This document shows, piece after piece, positions 58,961-64,000 of a stretch of DNA of 64,000 nucleotides (positions are counted from its first letter, which is position 1; each line of letters opens with the position of its first letter). Both the position numbers and the translations under genes were made by a program. The notes beneath the pieces are model-generated. The model made no database searches. It saw only the letters and a program-made list of their open reading frames with translations, and was not told where the DNA came from. Source of the DNA: Planctomycetota bacterium (GTDB lineage: Bacteria > Planctomycetota > UBA1135 > UBA2386). The stretch lies in the NCBI GenBank assembly GCA_965228735.1, contig OZ245838.1, positions 2,464,001-2,528,000 on the forward strand, given 5' to 3'.

Positions 58961-60376
58961 CTACCAGACGCCGATCGTGCCGCGGAGCGCGTTCGACATC
59001 GATGCCGAGAGCTGCGTCGGGGCACCGGCATCCAGCACGACCGCCTGCAGCGAGAAGCCGATGCCGGCGGCCCACGTGCAGTTGCACACCGAACCGTCCC
59101 AGCGCCCGGCGCCGTTCTGCACGAACAGGAAGACGCTGAGGTCGGCACTGAGCCACGCATTGCAGCCCGCGAGACCGAACGAGGTGAGATCGACCGGCAC
59201 CGGCTGGCCGTTCCAGTTCGTGTCCGACAATCCGAGCACGAGGAACCCGGCCGTCGTCTGCGGCACGTTGGTCACCTCGACGGTGTAATCGTCGCCGGAC
59301 CAGGGCAGCGAGAGCGCGCTCAGAACGGGCACGCCGTTGCCCCCGGGGCACCCCGCGCCGTAGGCCTGCATGTCCGCGGGCGACAGGCTCTCGACCGTGT
59401 AGGTGTCGCTGAACGTGCCGGTCGATGCGAAGCCGCCGTGCATCACGATCTGTTCGTTCGCCGCGTCGTACTCGCCGAGCGTGTACGCGCGCGACGGCGG
59501 CGTCCCCGGCACGGTCTTGCTCTGCCATCCGTTCGGCTCGAGGACCCAGCAATCGTTGAGCGTGACCGGCACGTTGCCCGGCTGCGTGAACGCGGTCAGG
59601 CCGGCGAACATGAACACGCGCTGGCGCTGCTCGTCGAACACCATGGTCTGATCGCACCGCCGCTGCGGCGTCGAAGCACCGGTGATCGCCGACCAGTTCG
59701 CGCCGTCCCACTGCCACGTGTCGTTCACGGTGCCGGCCAGCGGCGTGCGAAAGCCGCCGAACATCACGATCGCCTGGCGCGTCCCATCCCACACCATGCG
59801 GTGCGCACCGCGGGCGGCCGGCACGGTCGCCGGAGTGCGCTGCGCCCACGCCGAGCCGTTCCACTCCCACGTGTCGTTGGTGTCCTGCCCGGTCGGCACG
59901 AAGCCGCCGAACATGACGACGACCTGCCGCACCGGATCGAACGTTGCCCACGCGCCGCTGCGGGGCGGCGGCGTGACGGGCGACGTCCGCGCCGAGAACC
60001 CGGAGCCGTCGTAGACCCAGGTGTCGCTCAGGAACACCGAGCTCGGCGTCCGGCCACCGAACGCGACGCTGTGGCCGCGCACCGGGTCGTACGCGAATGC
60101 GGGCCGCCGCCGCGGGCCGGGCCGCGGCAGGAACGATCGGTTGGCCCAGTTGACACCGTCCCACTCCCACACGTCGTCCTGCAGGAAGCCGGAACGTTCG
60201 CCGGCGAACAGGACGGTGACGTCTCTCGAGGCGTCATAGGTCGAGGCGTAGTCGCGCGTCGCCGGGCCGATCGTAGCCGGCGACTCCAACGACGCCTGGA
60301 GTTGAGCGGTGCCGGCCTCCGTGAGGACGATCGTCGCGGAAACCGCGAGCACGAACCGGGTCGAGTTGCTGAGCAT
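58961..60376 (-). CDS. Secreted Kelch-like propeller protein with the shared CTD
   Basis: Signal peptide ending GTA-Q; six (F/H)xG...D(T/V/C)W blades; CTD YGAGC...PVL...PWSG...AGC...LQAVVLD...SNALRGTIGVW. Confidence 0.87.
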   Translation of the reverse strand: MLSNSTRFVLAVSATIVLTEAGTAQLQASLESPATIGPATRDYASTYDASRDVTVLFAGERSGFLQDDVWEWDGVNWANRSFLPRPGPRRRPAFAYDPVRGHSVAFGGRTPSSVFLSDTWVYDGSGFSARTSPVTPPPRSGAWATFDPVRQVVVMFGGFVPTGQDTNDTWEWNGSAWAQRTPATVPAARGAHRMVWDGTRQAIVMFGGFRTPLAGTVNDTWQWDGANWSAITGASTPQRRCDQTMVFDEQRQRVFMFAGLTAFTQPGNVPVTLNDCWVLEPNGWQSKTVPGTPPSRAYTLGEYDAANEQIVMHGGFASTGTFSDTYTVESLSPADMQAYGAGCPGGNGVPVLSALSLPWSGDDYTVEVTNVPQTTAGFLVLGLSDTNWNGQPVPVDLTSFGLAGCNAWLSADLSVFLFVQNGAGRWDGSVCNCTWAAGIGFSLQAVVLDAGAPTQLSASMSNALRGTIGVW

Positions 60377-60463
60377 AGGAGCGGGTCTTGCGCGGAGCGA
60401 AGCGACGAACGATCGGGCCCCGCCGACGCCGGTCACCGGCGTCGGCGATGGCAGCGCTGGCAG

Positions 60464-61552
60464 CTACTTGGCCGCCGACGCGGCCGCGACCTTCGTCTTC
60501 GGCAACGGGATCAGCACGAGGTTGCGCACCTTCTTCTCCTTGCTGACGAGCCGTTCGTGATCCTTCTCGAGATCGTCGAGCTGCTTCTGCAGGCGCTTGC
60601 TGCGGGCGCTCTTCGGCCCGCTGTCCGCCCGCGCCGCGCGGAGCTGTTCGCGCACGCGCTTCTTCGTCGCGTCGATGTTGTCGAACTGATCGAGCAGCTT
60701 GAGCCACTTCTTGATCGCGCGTTCCGGCGCGAACTGGTAGCGCTCCTCGATGACGTCCATCATCCCCTGCTTGAGCGTTTCCTGCGACTGCGTGCCGGAG
60801 AACGCTACGGGCTCGGCGCCGGGCTTGCTCAGCAGGTAGAAGTGCGGCATCGCGCCCTTGAACTTCTGCCCCGCGAACACGTTGTAGAACGGGTGCGTCG
60901 GCATCATCACGTGCGGCGGCAGCTTGACGATGCGGAACCAGCTCGTGAGCAGCTTGGTGCGGTCGTTGTTCATCGACCGACGCAGCAGCGGCGTGTCGGT
61001 GCCCTGGCAGAGACGGCACTCGCGCAGGATGAGCAGCGGTCGTTCGTCGTCCTCACCCCACAGGACTGCGAGGGCCTCGTCGAGCGGCATCGCGCCGGCC
61101 GCGGCCGTGCCCGACGTGTGCGCCGGCGGCACCGGGTGCTCCCAGTCGAGCCGCAGCCGGTCCTTCGAGGTCTTGCCGCGCTCGAACGTCATCACGGCAC
61201 CGCGCGGGCCCGTGCGGCCAGCGCCGGACGGCCGCGAGACCGGGCCGCTCGGACCGCGGGTCGTCGGACCGGACGGACGGTTCGTCGGCCCGACCGGGCC
61301 ACCGGTCGTCGGGCCGCCCGGGCCACCCGGCGAACCGGTGTTGGGCGTGGTCGGAGTCGACGGGCCGGGCGTCGTCGGGCCGCCAGGACCCGGGTCACCG
61401 GACGAACCCGTGTTCATGCCGCCGCTGGTCTGCCCGCCGCCGCCGATCGGTCGGCTGGTCGGCCCCGAGCCACCCGAACACTGCGCGGACAGTGTGAGGC
61501 CGGTGAACAGCAACGCACCGAGGACTGGGATCGCTAGAGCTGGCTTGGACAT
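60464..61552 (-). CDS. Secreted hypothetical protein with a Gly/Pro/Thr-rich linker, CxxC thioredoxin-like segment and C-terminal coiled coil
   Basis: AAGGAG RBS; signal peptide ending LSA-QC; GP/TT low-complexity tract; DERPLLILRECRLC; Lys/Glu-rich helical end. Confidence 0.7.
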   Translation of the reverse strand: MSKPALAIPVLGALLFTGLTLSAQCSGGSGPTSRPIGGGGQTSGGMNTGSSGDPGPGGPTTPGPSTPTTPNTGSPGGPGGPTTGGPVGPTNRPSGPTTRGPSGPVSRPSGAGRTGPRGAVMTFERGKTSKDRLRLDWEHPVPPAHTSGTAAAGAMPLDEALAVLWGEDDERPLLILRECRLCQGTDTPLLRRSMNNDRTKLLTSWFRIVKLPPHVMMPTHPFYNVFAGQKFKGAMPHFYLLSKPGAEPVAFSGTQSQETLKQGMMDVIEERYQFAPERAIKKWLKLLDQFDNIDATKKRVREQLRAARADSGPKSARSKRLQKQLDDLEKDHERLVSKEKKVRNLVLIPLPKTKVAAASAAK

Positions 61553-61715
61553 GACTTCGTCTCCTTGGAGCAGGATCTCGCTGAAGTGCGGCGCGGGCCC
61601 GAGCCCGCGCAGCGATTCGGATCGAACGCTGCGCGCGCCGCGAGATCGAGGGCGCCCGCGCCATGATGGGACGCTGCCGGCCGGCGGCAGCTGAGATCGG
61701 AGGACGGCCGCGAGC

Positions 61716-62957
61716 TCATCGCCGCCGCCTCTTGGTTTCTTCGAGGTGTTCCCGCCAGGCCGGCAGCAATTCGTCGACGCCGCAGCCGAACGTGTCGCGG
61801 AACGCCGCGTCCTGACGCCAACGCATCTCCTCCGGCGTCGGCAGCGCGCGCTTCTGATGGAACGGGTCCTTCAGTTCGTGCAGCACGGCCATCGTCTCCG
61901 CGCGCTTGTGCGTCATGAGAAACTCGACGAACGACCAGGCCTGGATGTGCTGCTCCATGCCGAAACCGATCACGCTGGGGCGCGCGACGAAGTCGTCGAG
62001 CGGCTCGAAGACCTGGAACTTCATCAGCCCGCGCGCGCGCTCGTCCCACTTCCAGAACGGGGAATCCTCGACTTCCGCACCCTGCGCGACCTCGTAGGTC
62101 GGATACCGCGGCGACACCTGCCGCGCGTGGAAGTGCGCGAGCCCGAAGATCAGCCACGGTGGTAGCTCGTGACCGTAGGTGCGATAGCCGTTGTAGAGAT
62201 TGGCGCTGACGTTGTAGGCGATCTGCGCGTGCAGCGCCTGGTCGACCTTCATCTGCCCCTCGCTCGACTCCTCGGCGATCGCGAACGCGAGCTGGCCGTG
62301 ATCCGCGGCGTGGAACCGATACGGCTCCATGGTCTCGATGCCGCCCATGTAGGCCCGCGTGTAGCGCGCGAGACTCGCGCCGCGCCCCACGATCAGGACG
62401 GCGAACTTCTGCTCCATCCCGAGGTAGGGCCCGTCGCCGAGGTACTCGTCGGGCAGGCTCGAGTCCATCGGCTCCTGCGGGAACGTCGCGTCCGTCGCAC
62501 CGAGGTTGTCGAGCACCGCCGCGTAGCAGTCCTCGAGCCGCTGCGCGATCAGGTGCGCGCGCAGCCACGGATCGAGCGTGCGCTTCGTCGACCGGACGTT
62601 CGGCAGCCGCTTGCGCAGCTGCTTCAGCTCGCGCTTGATCTGCTCGCGCCACGCCCGCTCGGCCCCGCGCAGCTTCAGCTCGGAAACCGCGCACCCGATC
62701 CGGAAGTGCGCCGTCTCGATCCAACACAGCGGCTCGTCGCCGAGCAGTTGCTCGATGTCGGTCGTCGTGTGATCGGCACCGAAGTCGAACGGGCCGAGGG
62801 ACACGTAGCCCGCGCGCGCGAGCGCCATGTCCGACCCGCGGGTGTACGGATCGACGGACGCCCGCAACGTCGGGGACGGGCTCGACTGCGCGAGCACCGA
62901 GCCGGCAACGAAGGCGGCAGCCATCGTCGCAAGGGAGGTAGCCGTTCTAGACCCCAT
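61716..62957 (-). CDS. Secreted hypothetical protein, possibly a degenerate zincin/peptidase-MA-like fold
   Basis: Signal peptide ending VLA-Q; WIETAHFRI, LPPWLIFGLAHF, QAWSFVEFL; no intact HExxH. Confidence 0.6.
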   Translation of the reverse strand: MGSRTATSLATMAAAFVAGSVLAQSSPSPTLRASVDPYTRGSDMALARAGYVSLGPFDFGADHTTTDIEQLLGDEPLCWIETAHFRIGCAVSELKLRGAERAWREQIKRELKQLRKRLPNVRSTKRTLDPWLRAHLIAQRLEDCYAAVLDNLGATDATFPQEPMDSSLPDEYLGDGPYLGMEQKFAVLIVGRGASLARYTRAYMGGIETMEPYRFHAADHGQLAFAIAEESSEGQMKVDQALHAQIAYNVSANLYNGYRTYGHELPPWLIFGLAHFHARQVSPRYPTYEVAQGAEVEDSPFWKWDERARGLMKFQVFEPLDDFVARPSVIGFGMEQHIQAWSFVEFLMTHKRAETMAVLHELKDPFHQKRALPTPEEMRWRQDAAFRDTFGCGVDELLPAWREHLEETKRRRR

Positions 62958-63270
62958 GGGCACCAAAGGAGGTATTCCGTGCAGCCCCGACGGTAACCCG
63001 AAACCCGCACAGCTGTCGGAGTTCGGGCGTCTGGACACCGCGCGTTTCCGCACGGCTCCGGACGCAACAACAACCGCGCCGAACGCGCCGGATCGAGACC
63101 GTTCCGACCGGAGCGCGCCGTTAGTCGCACCGGCGACTGGCGATGGGGCGATCGGTTTTCTCCCGCCCGCCCGCCGGCCCGACAGCGACCGGCCCCATCG
63201 GTGGCCGCAAGCGTTACGCATCGGAAACAGCGCCGGTGAAAAAACCCCGCACGGCTCGCACGATGCGGCG

Positions 63271-63936
63271 ATGACCGAGACCGCGTGGCGCGCCGCGATC
63301 GACCGACTGCCGCCGGCCGGTTCGCTCACGAGCAGCGTCGTGTTGTTGCACGGCTACGCCGCCAACGCCGGCGTGCACCACGCGGACGCGCGCGCGTTCG
63401 TCGACAAGCACACCGAAGTCGTGATCCCCGACGCCCCGGGTCACGGCCGGCGGGACGATGGCCGACTCGAACGCATCGCCGAGCTCGCCGACGACGCGCG
63501 CCGCCGAGCAATTCTCGAGATCGCGGGCGAGTGGCGCGACGAACTGCCGGGACTCGCCGCGTGGTGCCGATCGCGCGGCGCCGCCCGCGTCGGTCTCGTC
63601 GGCATCTCGATGGGTGGCTTCGCGGCGCTCGGCACGTTGACTCCCGGATCCGGCACGAGCCACCGAGCCCCGAGCCCGTTCGCGGCGATCGCCGCCGTGC
63701 TCGCCGGCCCGGCACTCGTCGACATCGACGCGTTGCCGTCGACCCGCCCACCTTTGCTGCTCGGCATCGCGAGTCGCGACGAGGCGGTGCCGCCGGCGCC
63801 GAGTCGCGAGTTCGCCCGGACTCACGGCGCCGAACTGTACGAGTACACCGAGTCCGGGCACTTCATGCGCGGCGAGGACTGGACGGACCTGTGGGTGCAG
63901 ACCGCCGCGTTCCTGCGGCTTCATGTGGCGACCTGA
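63271..63936 (+). CDS. Alpha/beta hydrolase
   Basis: VVLLHGY, PDAPGHG, GISMGG nucleophile elbow, RDEAVP, SGH. Confidence 0.88.
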   Translation: MTETAWRAAIDRLPPAGSLTSSVVLLHGYAANAGVHHADARAFVDKHTEVVIPDAPGHGRRDDGRLERIAELADDARRRAILEIAGEWRDELPGLAAWCRSRGAARVGLVGISMGGFAALGTLTPGSGTSHRAPSPFAAIAAVLAGPALVDIDALPSTRPPLLLGIASRDEAVPPAPSREFARTHGAELYEYTESGHFMRGEDWTDLWVQTAAFLRLHVAT

Positions 63937-64000
63937 CGCGCGCCGCAGTCGGCGGGTTCAGAAGACGACCGTATTGAGCGAGCCGATCCGCAGCGTGAGC

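Overview
High-GC bacterial window (roughly 70% by eye) with about 40 protein-coding genes and several gene remnants. I found no rRNA, tRNA, CRISPR array or transposase. The gene content suggests a Planctomycetota-like diderm, which is an inference from the TIGR02999-type ECF sigma factor coupled to a Ser/Thr kinase, an ECF sigma fused to extracytoplasmic repeats, an LpxL-type acyltransferase and many secreted beta-propellers. The main signal is that 16 secreted proteins with unrelated N-terminal cargoes, plus one remnant, end in the same ~120-140 aa C-terminal domain (CTD). Its pattern is GxGC...PxxG...GC...(I/L)PxxP..G...Q...(S/T)N(G/A)L...G-stop. The cargoes are Kelch-like WDG propellers, an ELWxxDGT propeller, a BNR propeller, a sulfatase, PPC-like repeats and other beta domains. 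One gene is only a signal peptide plus this CTD. I do not recognise the CTD as a named family, and it is a candidate sorting, anchoring or surface-assembly module. Three of these proteins and one pseudogene also share a second, N-terminal domain ending in (Y/F/L)PxxxDPLxG. Other content: two translationally coupled ECF-kinase pairs, an orphan minimal flagellin followed by a 30-bp-arm hairpin, an RRM gene with a 24-bp tandem array growing out of its stop codon, a degenerate 16-bp intergenic array, five genes with a leaderless-type -10 box, and chimeric or truncated remnants indicating rapid turnover. Start codons were chosen by eye, and all family calls come from motif recognition without database searches.
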